Assembly: GCA_041640595.1 (NCBI GenBank)
Contig: JBEPZY010000001.1
Location: 448,001 to 512,000, forward strand
Source of the DNA: Gemmatales bacterium
GTDB lineage: Bacteria > Planctomycetota > Planctomycetia > Gemmatales > HRBIN36
Length of the DNA: 64,000 nucleotides
Direction: 5' to 3'
In this document: one piece after another, positions 27,420-38,017 of the stretch
How the letters are laid out: each line of letters starts with the position of its first letter
Position numbering within the stretch: the stretch's first letter is position 1
Program-made: the position numbers and the translations under genes
Notes under the pieces: generated by a model
Told to the model about the DNA's origin: nothing
The model's input: only the letters and a program-made list of their open reading frames with translations
Databases searched by the model: none

Positions 27420-28361
27420 ATGCTCCCGTCAATCTTCAGCATCGCCGGATGGCTGGGATTGCTGTCATCCCTTATTTCCTTGTGGCGAAACTGGCGAAAC
27501 TCAGCATTGCGGTATGTCTTCCTGTGGGCCTTTTTAGCTGCCATTGTGAATGTCACGACCGCCCTGGTCGGAATGTTTGCGTTAGTACCGTTGCCTGGGC
27601 GATATCTGGCGTTACTTTTCGCGTTGACCGTGCCGGTTGCCGTGCTTGGTGCCCGCGAACCGGGGACGACGGCGTGGAATTTCGTGGTCGTCGGCTTTCT
27701 CGCTGTTGGACTTTTGCCAGTTTTGCAACAACCGTGGCACTCAGCAGAATGGCGACTCGATGGGCTTTACTCGACCCTGATGGCCACAATTCTGGTGGGC
27801 GGCTGGCTGAATTATCTGCCGACTCGTTCGGGCATCGCAGCCAGTGCACTGGCCTGGGCACTTGGCTGGCAGCTGGCAGCGCTTTGTGTCATCGAGCCAC
27901 GCCCACAACTGTTAACGCTCGCCGATGGTTGCACCTCAATAGGCGTGCTGTTGGCCGCCCTGATGACACTCCTTCAACTGAGGCTTGCCAGAAAACCTGG
28001 GTCTGCCGACATCGTTCCGTTACCGGACGGGATCGGGAGTCTATCCTTCGACAAACAACCAGACGCAATTCCGGCGGTGCAGCGATTCAACTCCACTTGG
28101 CGTGGCCTGCGCGATGGATGGGGTCTGGTCTGGGCCTGGCGTATCCGTGAACTGGTTGAAAGCTCGGCTCGCCATGCGCAGTTGCCGGGCGAATTTCGCT
28201 GGTCCGGGTTACATCTGGAGCTACCCACCAAAGCTGCGATGATCGGACAGCCAAACGCTGGCCAAGCGACCACGGTAAGCCCGATGAATGCGGACGCCAT
28301 CGCCGAGCAATGGTACCGTCTGTTGCAAGCGGTTGCTCGCCGATTTGCCCCGCCGGTTTAG
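27420..28361 (+). CDS. Hypothetical polytopic membrane protein
   Basis: About 7 hydrophobic segments; VLGAREPGTTAWNFVV motif. Confidence 0.75.
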   Translation: MLPSIFSIAGWLGLLSSLISLWRNWRNSALRYVFLWAFLAAIVNVTTALVGMFALVPLPGRYLALLFALTVPVAVLGAREPGTTAWNFVVVGFLAVGLLPVLQQPWHSAEWRLDGLYSTLMATILVGGWLNYLPTRSGIAASALAWALGWQLAALCVIEPRPQLLTLADGCTSIGVLLAALMTLLQLRLARKPGSADIVPLPDGIGSLSFDKQPDAIPAVQRFNSTWRGLRDGWGLVWAWRIRELVESSARHAQLPGEFRWSGLHLELPTKAAMIGQPNAGQATTVSPMNADAIAEQWYRLLQAVARRFAPPV

Positions 28362-28467
28362 TCCGCCCAGCGCGAAAGTCAGCGATAGACCAGGTTTTCA
28401 GCCGCAATTAGCTCAGGGGGTCGTGTTTGGTCACCACGTGAAAACAGCGGTTATGTTCGAGCCCAAA

Positions 28468-31359
28468 TCATTTCGGGCGGTATGTAATCCATAACGGGGA
28501 TGCCCAGGCCAGGTTGCCGTCGCTTTGTTCTATGCGGACGTAATAGTAGTGGGTCTTGCCTGGTTCCGCCTGCATATCGGTGTAGTGAAGCCGAAGCTCT
28601 CGCTGGTTGGGTTTGGCGGAATAGACGTAGCGGTTATCGCGGATGATGTGCACCTGGGCGATGTTGGCAGTGCCGTAGGCGTAAATGTCCAGCGTGGGCC
28701 GATCGCTGCTCTCGAAAATGTCCCCCATCAGATGTTCTCCGCTGCGGACGATGAGCAGGATGTTATCGGTAGCGGCGTAGCAGTGGCGCTGCCGGAAGGC
28801 ATCCAGGATACCCTGGCGAGTCTTCTGCTCGACAAAGCAAATACCGTAGCTCATGTGCGTGCTGATGTGGTCGCTGGAGCTCTGGAAGCCCAGGCGATAA
28901 CCCTTTTCGAAAGCGTTCCAGACAAACCCGGCTGGACGGAATCCACCGATCTGCGTCTCGGCAGTCGGGGAACGTGGTGCGCCAGGATGCTCATAATTGT
29001 GCCGATAGCCCTGGTAGATTTCGACGACAGGTTCGGCCCAGGGGTCATTGTCGCGCCAGTCCGTACCCATATCGGTAGCGCTGGTGTGGGAAGCACACAG
29101 CCCGCCAAAATGTTTGAGGTATGCGTAAAGCAATTTGGTATCGGGCGTACCGGTCTCCGGGTCACCGGCCAGGTTGCCCCGAGGCAACGGGCGAATACCG
29201 CGGCGGGGCAGTATCACATTGCGGTGGCCGTTCGGGTAGACACAGCTTCGTTCGTAGGAGTGAACCGAGACAAAATGTGGCGGCAGATAGAACAAGTCGG
29301 TAGTTTTCTGAATCCGCCACCACATGTATTCGTGATGAAAACCGTTGTCGTGGTCACCGTTGCCCATCCAGTCAAGGTGTCCAGCGTCCAGAGCATACCG
29401 CCAGGCATCTTCCAATGACCCATCGCCATCGCGGTGAGCGGAATACTCCGTATGGCGATGGAATTCGCCACGGTAAAGGGATAATGTGCGACCTTGCATC
29501 TGCAGTGTGAACTCGCGCAACTGCTTGACGGCTTCCAACTCGCGTTTATCCTGGTCGGTGAGCTGCGAGCTGGGCTTGTCAGTGTCGGCTACCAGCTGAG
29601 CCGGATGCACACCGCTGCCAGGTTGGAGCAGGCCCGCAAACAAGTCAGCCTGGTCACGATTCAGCGTTCGCAAACGGTTGTCGCCGGCATACACGGTCAA
29701 AACGCCCTCGCTGTAAGGCACCACGGCCGGGCGATTATCCATAAGAAAGGCTGAACCAGCAAGGCGGCGCAGCGGCGACCATCGCTTGCCGTCGAAGCGC
29801 GTGGCATAAGTTTCCCACACCTCGCCCGCACCTCCTGGTAAGGGATGCATGCGGAAAAAGAGCCAAACGCCATCGCTTTTATCCACCGCCAGGCGTGGCA
29901 GGCTACGATTGCGAACCGCCGCGGTCTTGAAAAAGGCTTGCAAGTCCGCTGCTGGTCGCCAGAGTTTGCCCTCGGCCAGACACTTAAGCTCAACTGTGCG
30001 TTGACGGTAAAGCGGGGCTCCAGGATTTCCCGGCAAGGGAATACGCTGGAACTGGTCCGTGGAATAATCCTTGCCCCAGAGTTCATCGCCATGTTCGTAA
30101 GCGATCCAGATTCTGTCGTGTGAATCTACGGCCAACGCAGGCCGCGCCTCAAAAGCCGGTGTGGCCGCCACGTCTATCACCTGCCCGATCCGCTGGCCGG
30201 TTTTGGCATCGAGTATGGCCAGGCGCACATCGTAATTGCCTCGCTCATAGGTATCCCAGGCGATACAAACACGCCCGCGCGAATCAGCGGCGATACTGGG
30301 GCTCCAATCGTTGGCAAGGCTTTCTGAAACATTGATCGGCTGACCACGTGGCTGGCCGTTTTCCAGTACCGTCGCGACGATATCGAACTGACCATCACGC
30401 CAGCTCTGCCAGGCTAACCACACGCGTCCTTCGGAATCAGTAGTCGCCACCACGTCAAAATCGCTTCCGGCAGCCTGGGTGAGTCGTTGAATCGGCGACC
30501 AGGTATTGTCCTTTGGTGAGTAAAAGCGATAGTAAATGTCCCAGTTGGCCTGACGTTGTTCGGCCCAGGCGACGCAGACCTGACCGCGACCATCCACGGC
30601 TACCGTCGGCCGCCGGACATCTACCGGATCCTCGCTTACCGGCATGCCAGGCGACCAGGTTTGCCCATCGAACTTCGCCAGGCGAATGAGGTCGCCGTTT
30701 CCCCTGGGCTCGAGTTCTTCGAAATTGCCCGCGAGAATGCGCTCTAAAACGTATGGGCGACCCGGTAAGTACTCGACGTAAGCCAGCCACACTGTACCAT
30801 CCGGTCCGCGGGCCAGTGCTGGGTAATCGTCTTCGGTCTGGCGACCGGTTAGCCGCACTCCACCTTCCTGCCGCTGCACCGCCACTCGACCATCCAGCAA
30901 CTCCAGGCTTTTTTCTGCGGAAAGGTCGCCTAAACGAAACTGGAACTCGCCCTGTTCGGTTTTAACGCGGATAGTAGCGGTGGCGGGGGCGTCCACTAAG
31001 AGCTGGAGTTGCGGCGATTGTACGCCTTGCTTTTTCATTTTCTTATCAAGAGCACTTCGAGCGATGAAACGATGGCCCTGGACTTTGGCTTGCGCACCTC
31101 CAAAGGCTACTCGCAAGTCAAGCAGTTTTCCTTCGCTCAGCTGGACTTCGCCATCCCAGCGAGTTGGCTCTTTGTCGCGCAGACCGAGCGTGATCTGTAT
31201 TGCCGTCACGCTGGCGGGCATGGCTACGGATGCCGGCTGCGGTCGAGCAGGACGTGCTAACTGGCTTGAGGCGGACGATTGCCACCAGTGCACCATAATT
31301 GCCAGCAAGCACATTCCTCCGGCCACGGCCAGGATCAGCGCGAGCGATCTGCGGTTCAT
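28468..31359 (-). CDS. Exported PHP-like (DUF3604/CehA-McbA-like) metallohydrolase with an N-terminal beta-propeller region
   Basis: GEFHRHTEYS, DHD, GHRN, SH, SSDH, CYAAT, YYVRIEQSDGNLAWASPLW. Confidence 0.8.
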   Translation of the reverse strand: MNRRSLALILAVAGGMCLLAIMVHWWQSSASSQLARPARPQPASVAMPASVTAIQITLGLRDKEPTRWDGEVQLSEGKLLDLRVAFGGAQAKVQGHRFIARSALDKKMKKQGVQSPQLQLLVDAPATATIRVKTEQGEFQFRLGDLSAEKSLELLDGRVAVQRQEGGVRLTGRQTEDDYPALARGPDGTVWLAYVEYLPGRPYVLERILAGNFEELEPRGNGDLIRLAKFDGQTWSPGMPVSEDPVDVRRPTVAVDGRGQVCVAWAEQRQANWDIYYRFYSPKDNTWSPIQRLTQAAGSDFDVVATTDSEGRVWLAWQSWRDGQFDIVATVLENGQPRGQPINVSESLANDWSPSIAADSRGRVCIAWDTYERGNYDVRLAILDAKTGQRIGQVIDVAATPAFEARPALAVDSHDRIWIAYEHGDELWGKDYSTDQFQRIPLPGNPGAPLYRQRTVELKCLAEGKLWRPAADLQAFFKTAAVRNRSLPRLAVDKSDGVWLFFRMHPLPGGAGEVWETYATRFDGKRWSPLRRLAGSAFLMDNRPAVVPYSEGVLTVYAGDNRLRTLNRDQADLFAGLLQPGSGVHPAQLVADTDKPSSQLTDQDKRELEAVKQLREFTLQMQGRTLSLYRGEFHRHTEYSAHRDGDGSLEDAWRYALDAGHLDWMGNGDHDNGFHHEYMWWRIQKTTDLFYLPPHFVSVHSYERSCVYPNGHRNVILPRRGIRPLPRGNLAGDPETGTPDTKLLYAYLKHFGGLCASHTSATDMGTDWRDNDPWAEPVVEIYQGYRHNYEHPGAPRSPTAETQIGGFRPAGFVWNAFEKGYRLGFQSSSDHISTHMSYGICFVEQKTRQGILDAFRQRHCYAATDNILLIVRSGEHLMGDIFESSDRPTLDIYAYGTANIAQVHIIRDNRYVYSAKPNQRELRLHYTDMQAEPGKTHYYYVRIEQSDGNLAWASPLWITYRPK

Positions 31360-31883
31360 GGGGACTCCTCCATTTCGGAAGTGGGCGGGTGAGTAAAAGC
31401 TGCCGGTGCCGTTACCGCTACCCCGAGCGGTGCCTCGCTGATGTGCGTACCAGGAGCAATCGGCGACTTTTCGGGTGGCAAATAGCTAATTCGTGCAATC
31501 AACCACGAGTTTCCCTGCTGGAAGAGATCGTACTGCACGGGATAAATCCAGCCATCGCGGTGCACTTCGTGAACAAGCACCTGAGCCGAGCCAGGCTGCG
31601 TCTGCGTGCGCACGATGAGCCAGCTAATAGTTTGCGCCAACCGCGACTGCTGCTGGGCAACAATCTGATCCTGCTGCGAACGCAGCTCTTGCGAAAGCAG
31701 AGTACGCAGGTTTTGCAAATCGTTCCGCGAAACGGCTTCACGGAAAGCCGACAGACAATCCTGGGGAGTATTCGGCGCCGTAGGGGCAACGTTACCGGGC
31801 TGCCCACGCCAGAGCACCAGCCCCAGTAACAAGCCCGTCACGCCTACCGCCAGCAATAATCTGGCTCGCCGATCCCGAAGCAT
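31356..31883 (-). CDS. Small exported hypothetical protein (NTF2-like), translationally coupled to the downstream metallohydrolase
   Basis: N-terminal hydrophobic segment; ends with ...QQGNSWLI; ATGA overlap at 31356-31359. Confidence 0.65.
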   Translation of the reverse strand: MLRDRRARLLLAVGVTGLLLGLVLWRGQPGNVAPTAPNTPQDCLSAFREAVSRNDLQNLRTLLSQELRSQQDQIVAQQQSRLAQTISWLIVRTQTQPGSAQVLVHEVHRDGWIYPVQYDLFQQGNSWLIARISYLPPEKSPIAPGTHISEAPLGVAVTAPAAFTHPPTSEMEESP

Positions 31884-32211
31884 CGCGCGTTCTCCGTCGC
31901 GGTTAGAGTAGCAACTGGCTCGGCCACCATCCAGGGCATCGTTGTGTAGGGTTGGGCATCTCGGAGGGAGATGAAGGTTATTGATTCGAGCCTTGCTCAG
32001 GTGCTTGAACACACCGGGCTGGACATCTGGGAGGGAAATGGCGGACAATTTTCGGCAGCGGTTACCGCGACCGGCCAATTGTCGAGAGCTTTCTACCCTG
32101 GCGACAACTGTTTTCCTGCTGGTCGGCACGGCGGTCTTTCCGTAGCCTATGGCCTGGAAGCAAAGTTACGGTAACCGACTTTCACCGCAAACCGCGAAGG
32201 AGAGACCTGCC

Positions 32212-34041
32212 ATGGCGAGAAGTTTCGCTAGTCCTATCGGCTTACTGGTGATAGTCCTGGCTCTCGGTGCCTCGATCCTGGTGAAGCTGGCGCCTGTGGG
32301 AGCTGAAGCAACCGCCGGTGGAAACGCCCCCAACTTGCAGGAAGAAACACGGACTCCTACCGAGGTAGTACGCCTCTTCAACGGTAAAGATTTGAGCAAC
32401 TGGGAGACCTGGTTGCGCAAAACCGGCCGCCAGGATCCCCAGCGGGTCTTCCGCGTTACCGACGGGTTGTTGCACATTACGGGTGAGGACCACGGTTACA
32501 TCGCCACTCCCCAATCCTGGAAGGATTACCACCTGGTGGTGGAGTTCAAATGGGGCAAGGAGACTTTTGGTAGTAAGTATGTCCGCAATTCGGGAATCCT
32601 GTTGCATGCTCGCGGTCCGCACGGCAATGCAGGCGGTGTTTGGATGGCCTCCATTGAGTGTCAGCTGGCCCAGGGATGCGTCGGCGACCTCATTGCCATT
32701 TCCGGGAAGGATGAACATGGGAAACCGCTGCCCGTCGAATTTACCAGCGAAGTGGTACTCGGCCCCGATAAAAGGCCCCGCTGGAAGCCTGGCGGCGAGA
32801 AACGCACTTTCACTCGGGGACAACTCTGGTGGAATCAGCACGACCCCGAATTCAAGGAGTTGATTGATACCCGAGGGCGGTTTGATGTCGAGAGTCCGTT
32901 GGGGGAATGGACGCGCGTGGAATGTATTTGCCGCGGTGACACCATCACCATCCGTGTCAACGGGCACACCGTGAACCACTGTTTCCAGGCCAAGCCGAGC
33001 GCGGGCAGGATTCTGCTTCAATCGGAAGGATTCGAGATGTTCTTCCGTCGCGTAGAATTGCGGCCACTGGAAAAGAACTCGAAGGGAGATTTCGGTGCCA
33101 ACCGCGCCGACGAACCGCTAGCCGGTCGTTTATCGCTGGAACAGGCGGCGGCATTTCTGGACAATGTCAGTCTGCAATGGACCCAGCAACGTCAGTGCGG
33201 CACCTGCCACACCAACTACCCGTATTTGCTTGCCCGCCCGCATGTGCGCGTGGGTAGCCGAGACGCCGAAGAGCAGGTTCGTCGCTTCTTCGAGCAACGC
33301 GTGGCCAATTGGGATAGCCCCGAACCGGGACGCAAGCCACGCTGGGACACGGAAGTGGTAGCGACGGCGGCGTTCCTGGCCATGCATGATGCTTTGACCA
33401 CAGGCAAACTTCATCCGCTTACCCGTCAGGCCCTGGATCGGATGTGGACATTGCAGAAACCGGAAGGGCATTGGAACTGGCTCAAATGTGACTGGCCCCC
33501 TGCGGAACATGACGATTATTATGGCGTCATCATCGCGCTCATCGGCGTGGGAATGGCTCCGGAGAATTACCGCGACACGCCGCAAGCCCAAGCGGGCATT
33601 GCTCGCGCGAAGCAATGGTTAGTGAAGAATCCGCCTGCCAGCCTGCATCATCGCGGCATGTTGCTGTGGGCATCGGCGTATTTCCCGGAATTGCTTTCGC
33701 CCGCAGAAAAACAGCAGATCATTGCCGACCTGAAAAGTGCACAGAATGCCGATGGTGGCTGGGCCTTGCCGAAATTAGGGGAATGGCTGGCACGCGGTAA
33801 ACGGCGAATTCCGCTGGAAGGACCAAGCGACGGTTACGCAACCGGTTTCGTCGTTTACGTGTTGCGTCAGGCAGGCGTATCCAGGGAGGATGCGGCGATT
33901 CAGCGAGGTCTGGCCTGGTTACGCAGCAATCAACGCGAGTCGGGCCGCTGGTTTACCCGTTCGCTGAACACGGACAACTACCACTTCGTTACGCACATGG
34001 GTACCTGTTTCGCCGTGCTGGCTATCACCAGCTGCCAGTAA
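32212..34041 (+). CDS. Fusion of DUF1080 (3-keto-disaccharide hydrolase-like) and a prenyltransferase/squalene-cyclase-like QW-repeat barrel
   Basis: LFNGKDLSNW, NSGILL, GEW..VNG, GRILLQSEG; then CGTCHTN, QKPEGHW, QNADGGW, SDGYATG, QRESGRW. Confidence 0.85.
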   Translation: MARSFASPIGLLVIVLALGASILVKLAPVGAEATAGGNAPNLQEETRTPTEVVRLFNGKDLSNWETWLRKTGRQDPQRVFRVTDGLLHITGEDHGYIATPQSWKDYHLVVEFKWGKETFGSKYVRNSGILLHARGPHGNAGGVWMASIECQLAQGCVGDLIAISGKDEHGKPLPVEFTSEVVLGPDKRPRWKPGGEKRTFTRGQLWWNQHDPEFKELIDTRGRFDVESPLGEWTRVECICRGDTITIRVNGHTVNHCFQAKPSAGRILLQSEGFEMFFRRVELRPLEKNSKGDFGANRADEPLAGRLSLEQAAAFLDNVSLQWTQQRQCGTCHTNYPYLLARPHVRVGSRDAEEQVRRFFEQRVANWDSPEPGRKPRWDTEVVATAAFLAMHDALTTGKLHPLTRQALDRMWTLQKPEGHWNWLKCDWPPAEHDDYYGVIIALIGVGMAPENYRDTPQAQAGIARAKQWLVKNPPASLHHRGMLLWASAYFPELLSPAEKQQIIADLKSAQNADGGWALPKLGEWLARGKRRIPLEGPSDGYATGFVVYVLRQAGVSREDAAIQRGLAWLRSNQRESGRWFTRSLNTDNYHFVTHMGTCFAVLAITSCQ

Positions 34042-35556
34042 CTACCGGACTCGTACCTGGAAGGAAATGATCCCCTGTGCCGCCGGAGGAAGTGGGTCGC
34101 GGATTTCCCAGCGCAACACCTGACCGCCCGCGGCGTTTTCTTGCAGCACAAAAATAGCTTCGCGGTCAGAACGAGCCGAGCCGGCCACATATTCCAGCCG
34201 CGGCGACAGACTATCCACGATGGCAACATCACGGAGGGGCTTGCCGCTGGCATTGCAGTAGCGGAGATAGAAGGTTACGATTTCACCGCTGCGGGCTGCC
34301 TGTGTGGATGACCATTTTTGCAGGCGAAGCGGCTGGCGTTGCGGATCGTCGCAAGGGTCGCATTGCAGGTGCGTAACCGACTCGGTCGTCAGTGGTACGC
34401 TCACAGCCTGGGCTTTCGGGATATCCAGCCTGGTGGCGGCAAGTTCCTGACTGGCGACCACACGCAGGCTCGGAATCTGACTCAGGTTCGCCCGCAACCC
34501 TGACTGACTCTGCAAGCGCTCCACTTCCGTTCGCGCACGTGTGTCGTTGGTAGTTTGGCGCTGTCCGATTATTTCCCGCCCGATCGGCGATGATACGGGG
34601 CGAAGGGAAAGCTCACTGCGTACCCGACCCAGACCATGAACCTGGTAAAAGGTCAGGAATCGAGGAGCCAGAAGGTACACCGGATTGGCGACGGCGATTT
34701 TGCGACGGCCTGCACTGTCGGCGAATTCGGCTACCGCATCCCCAGGTTCGATGCCACCCAGTTGCCCTTCCGGAGTGCGATGGGCAGGTTCGCCGCCGTC
34801 ACCACCATCCCGAATCGAGCCGGCAGGGGCATTCCTCGCTGGCGTGTGAACCGATGGGCTGTGCCAGTCCGGTACGAGTGAAGGCTGACGTGACCGTCGC
34901 GCTCGGGCATACGAACCTGGCGTCAAAGGCTGAGGAGGTTGCGACCATTCCTGCGGTTCGAGCTGACGATTGCCCAACCGCAGAATTATCAGAGGCTGGC
35001 CGAATCGCTCGGCTTCCCGAATCAGATCGCCGGAAGCCGGCACCTCATTCTCCTCATCGGGCAATCGAAACGAGGCCGGCGTCGCTCGTGTAGCGCTCAC
35101 CGTGGAAGGGTCATACTCCGCAACCACTACTTTGGTGATCAGTTTGCCATCCTGCAGTCGCAGCAGATCGTCGTCGGTGATCGTCAACGGCACGGGCAAA
35201 TCCCACGCTTTCAGCCGGGACGGGAGTGGCAAAGTATCAACTACTTCGAGCAGAGGGTAATACGTCTCTCGTTCGCCTGGGGGGCCCTGTAAACGGAGCC
35301 AGTACCCATAACCCGGTTTCAGCCCGACTGTGTTAGGAGTTTTTGACGCAGCGGTCGCTTCTGGTTTGCTGAGGAAAGTCAGCGTATAGCCGGTGGGCAC
35401 TTTGAGCTGCACATAGAGCAAAGGGGCGCGCGGGGCCGGAGATTCTGAGGTTGCCAGCACATTGGCCCAGAAAACTAACGCTGTTGCAAGGGTCAGCAGT
35501 CTGGCATACCAATTGCCCCCGGACGACCGGAGTTGCCCACGACGCAAGAGCAGCAT
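34042..35556 (-). CDS. DUF11-domain exported protein
   Basis: C-terminal GEIVTFYLRY.N...DVAIVDSLSPRLEYVAGSA; RDGGD motif; N-terminal domain related to the upstream gene. Confidence 0.8.
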   Translation of the reverse strand: MLLLRRGQLRSSGGNWYARLLTLATALVFWANVLATSESPAPRAPLLYVQLKVPTGYTLTFLSKPEATAASKTPNTVGLKPGYGYWLRLQGPPGERETYYPLLEVVDTLPLPSRLKAWDLPVPLTITDDDLLRLQDGKLITKVVVAEYDPSTVSATRATPASFRLPDEENEVPASGDLIREAERFGQPLIILRLGNRQLEPQEWSQPPQPLTPGSYARARRSRQPSLVPDWHSPSVHTPARNAPAGSIRDGGDGGEPAHRTPEGQLGGIEPGDAVAEFADSAGRRKIAVANPVYLLAPRFLTFYQVHGLGRVRSELSLRPVSSPIGREIIGQRQTTNDTRARTEVERLQSQSGLRANLSQIPSLRVVASQELAATRLDIPKAQAVSVPLTTESVTHLQCDPCDDPQRQPLRLQKWSSTQAARSGEIVTFYLRYCNASGKPLRDVAIVDSLSPRLEYVAGSARSDREAIFVLQENAAGGQVLRWEIRDPLPPAAQGIISFQVRVR

Positions 35557-35602
35557 GGTTCTTCCTCACAGTTGCCTGGGAAGAAGCAGGAGTGTGCGGT
35601 GA

Positions 35603-37012
35603 TCAGGGCAGGATGCTGTCCAGCAGACCTCGCCGGGATTTGCGGGTGTTGCCGGAGTTGTTGCTGCTGGAGTCGCTGTTTGCACTGCCGGCAATGTTAC
35701 CATATTCCCGCGGCACATACGTCATGGGATATGGAGGGGGAGAAGCGGGCGGTACTGCCACAGGGCGTGCATTGCCTTTGCTGTCAAGCTGATAAGCCAC
35801 GGGTTGGATTCCGGAGTTAGCGGGTTTGGAGCCCTGCTCGGCAGGCAATTCCGGCAAGAGGTTCGAACGATTCGGATTGGCCGGGACAATGGGTCCGGGC
35901 GGCCCTTGAGTGGGTGGATTGAATCGCGGTACCGGCGCGGATAGGGGCGGTGTGGACGGTTTGCCAGCGGGAACAGGTGCCACGACGCCTGGCGGCAACG
36001 GTGGGGCAGGGAGTTGTGGTGGACCGTAGGGGCCTGGATTGTCCAGAGGTGGGCTGTTCGGCGTCTCCAGCTGAATTCCACCCATGCGCACGATCAGCAA
36101 AATATGCCCGCGCTTATACGCTTCCGCTACCGGGTCCTGTCCGGGCTCCAATCGCGTCGAGGTAAGTTCCTCCGGAGCAGCTCCCAGAGGGCTCTGGAAT
36201 CGCGGATCGGGAAGATAAATGACCTTGGTGATGAAGTTGCCGTTCAACACCTGGTCGAAGTCCTCTTCCGTGAATTCAACAGGAATGGCGTTGTGTGCCA
36301 GGAAGGCTTCCGTCTTGGGATTACTGGGCACGACTTCAAGAGTCGGATACAGCTCTACGCCGGGACGGCCGGGAATGTTGTAAAGTTTGATGCGGTAAAT
36401 CGCACCCTGGACGAAATTGTAACGGCCAGGGATATCGAGAGTGTAGGGAACGAGCACAGGTTTACCGTCCTTATCCTGCACCGGTGCCTGAGCATACCAG
36501 CCAATTTTTGCGGCTTTCGGGGCGGTGAAATGAACCTGCGACCGGCGGATCGCAAACGGAGGCTGGGCGTGAGTCATCGCCCCTGGGGCAAAAACCTGGC
36601 CCTGCGGCACCATCATACTGGGAATGGGTGGGATGGCCCCCGGCACCACGCTAGCCGTGCCCGTACCCGGTAACCCAGCCGGCATTCCCGGAACGGGTGG
36701 CATACCAGGAACCGCTGGCGCTCCGGTGGGTATCCCCATCAATCCTGCACTCACCGAACCCGGGTTGGGCGTGTAACTGGCTTGCTGAATCGGGAACGGA
36801 TGCGGAATTTCGGGGCCTAAACCGTTCTGCGCACCGGGAGCGTGTGGCCCGACTGGTGGCAACATGGTGACCGGCTCCCCCCAGGGGCCTACTGCTCCGC
36901 GTAACACCGGCGGCATCGGTGGGCCACAGCTGATTGGCCCGCGTACCATATCCGGGCCCTGACATCCCAGCAGGCTTACCGCGGCGGCAACGAGTACCAC
37001 CATTCGTCGCAT
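35603..37012 (-). CDS. Pro-rich conserved planctomycete lipoprotein-like hypothetical
   Basis: LLGC lipobox; PGRYNF.QGAIYRIKL..IPGRPGVELYPTLEV; TEEDFDQV..GNFITKVIYLPDP; AAGGA upstream of ATG 37012. Confidence 0.8.
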   Translation of the reverse strand: MRRMVVLVAAAVSLLGCQGPDMVRGPISCGPPMPPVLRGAVGPWGEPVTMLPPVGPHAPGAQNGLGPEIPHPFPIQQASYTPNPGSVSAGLMGIPTGAPAVPGMPPVPGMPAGLPGTGTASVVPGAIPPIPSMMVPQGQVFAPGAMTHAQPPFAIRRSQVHFTAPKAAKIGWYAQAPVQDKDGKPVLVPYTLDIPGRYNFVQGAIYRIKLYNIPGRPGVELYPTLEVVPSNPKTEAFLAHNAIPVEFTEEDFDQVLNGNFITKVIYLPDPRFQSPLGAAPEELTSTRLEPGQDPVAEAYKRGHILLIVRMGGIQLETPNSPPLDNPGPYGPPQLPAPPLPPGVVAPVPAGKPSTPPLSAPVPRFNPPTQGPPGPIVPANPNRSNLLPELPAEQGSKPANSGIQPVAYQLDSKGNARPVAVPPASPPPYPMTYVPREYGNIAGSANSDSSSNNSGNTRKSRRGLLDSILP

Positions 37013-37084
37013 AGGTCGCTTCCTTTCCCTTTCAGCCTGGACGGGAGGATACACGACGGAGATTCTTCGGAATATATTTCGGCA

Positions 37085-38008
37085 ATGATGAGGCGATTCT
37101 TTCGTCAAACTGGCTATTTTCGGCAGAATCGGTACAAACCGCTGGTCGCGCTTGCGGTGTTTACCCTGGGATCCGTCGCTGGAATACTCGCCCAGAATCA
37201 GCCTGGAAGTGCCGCTTCGGTCGAAGGTAAGGCTCTTTTGGAAAAAGCCCTCAGGCACCTGCCGCAAGCAGAATTCTGGCGGGCGGAGTTTCGCCAGCAC
37301 TGGTTGCAGGGCGGGATTGTTGCTGAAACCGTCGGCAGTTACTGGGTTGGTCCCAAACGCCGTTCCAGACTGGAAATCCGTGCCCGTGTAGGTGACGTTC
37401 AGGCCGAACTTTTCATTTACTGCGACGGTCAGACTGTCTGGCGGCGTGAACGTATCGGCCAGGCTGAACCGCGGTTAGAACGGTTTACCGTTGAGGAGCT
37501 GGAACAGGCTATCCGCCAGGCGAACTTACCTGAAAACGAAGCGGCTCAGGTCCGCGAGGCCATCTGGGCGGAACTGGGTTATCTCAGCTTGCGAGGCCGA
37601 TTGCGGGAACTAGCAAACCGCCTTCAGTGGGGAACACCGCAAGCCAGTCAATTACCTGATGGGAGACATGCCTGGCTGCTGGAGGGAACCTGGAATGAAA
37701 AAACCTTGCACGATGCGTTTCGCGGTCAATTACCGCAGGCGCCTGACGTTCCCCGGCGGTGTCGGGTGTTTCTGTTGCGGCAGGATTGCTGGTGGGGCGG
37801 CGATTCGCTCTGGCCAGCACGCATCGAATGGCTCGGTGTTCCACGCGGTGAAAAAGACGAAAAGACACTGGTTGTAATCGAGTGGCATTTGCCCCAGCGT
37901 CTGGACGGGGAAGAATTCCGATCGCCCTTTTCGCCCCAGGAAATGCAGAACGCCACCAGTGCCAATACCGAGGCACTGGTCAAGGAAATGGTGCAACGGT
38001 TGCGTTGA
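37085..38008 (+). CDS. Exported hypothetical protein, possibly LolA-like fold
   Basis: Hydrophobic signal segment; RSRLE...IYCDGQTVW pattern. Confidence 0.65.
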   Translation: MMRRFFRQTGYFRQNRYKPLVALAVFTLGSVAGILAQNQPGSAASVEGKALLEKALRHLPQAEFWRAEFRQHWLQGGIVAETVGSYWVGPKRRSRLEIRARVGDVQAELFIYCDGQTVWRRERIGQAEPRLERFTVEELEQAIRQANLPENEAAQVREAIWAELGYLSLRGRLRELANRLQWGTPQASQLPDGRHAWLLEGTWNEKTLHDAFRGQLPQAPDVPRRCRVFLLRQDCWWGGDSLWPARIEWLGVPRGEKDEKTLVVIEWHLPQRLDGEEFRSPFSPQEMQNATSANTEALVKEMVQRLR

Positions 38009-38017
38009 TGGCTTACT

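Noticed and set aside
33090..34041. True squalene-hopene cyclase
   Set aside because: Only one barrel, exported, and no canonical DXDDTA motif; kept as an SHC-like domain.
37013..37300. Head-to-head overlap of the 35603-37300 and 37085-38008 ORFs
   Set aside because: The overlap disappears with the better-supported start at 37012 (RBS plus lipoprotein signal).
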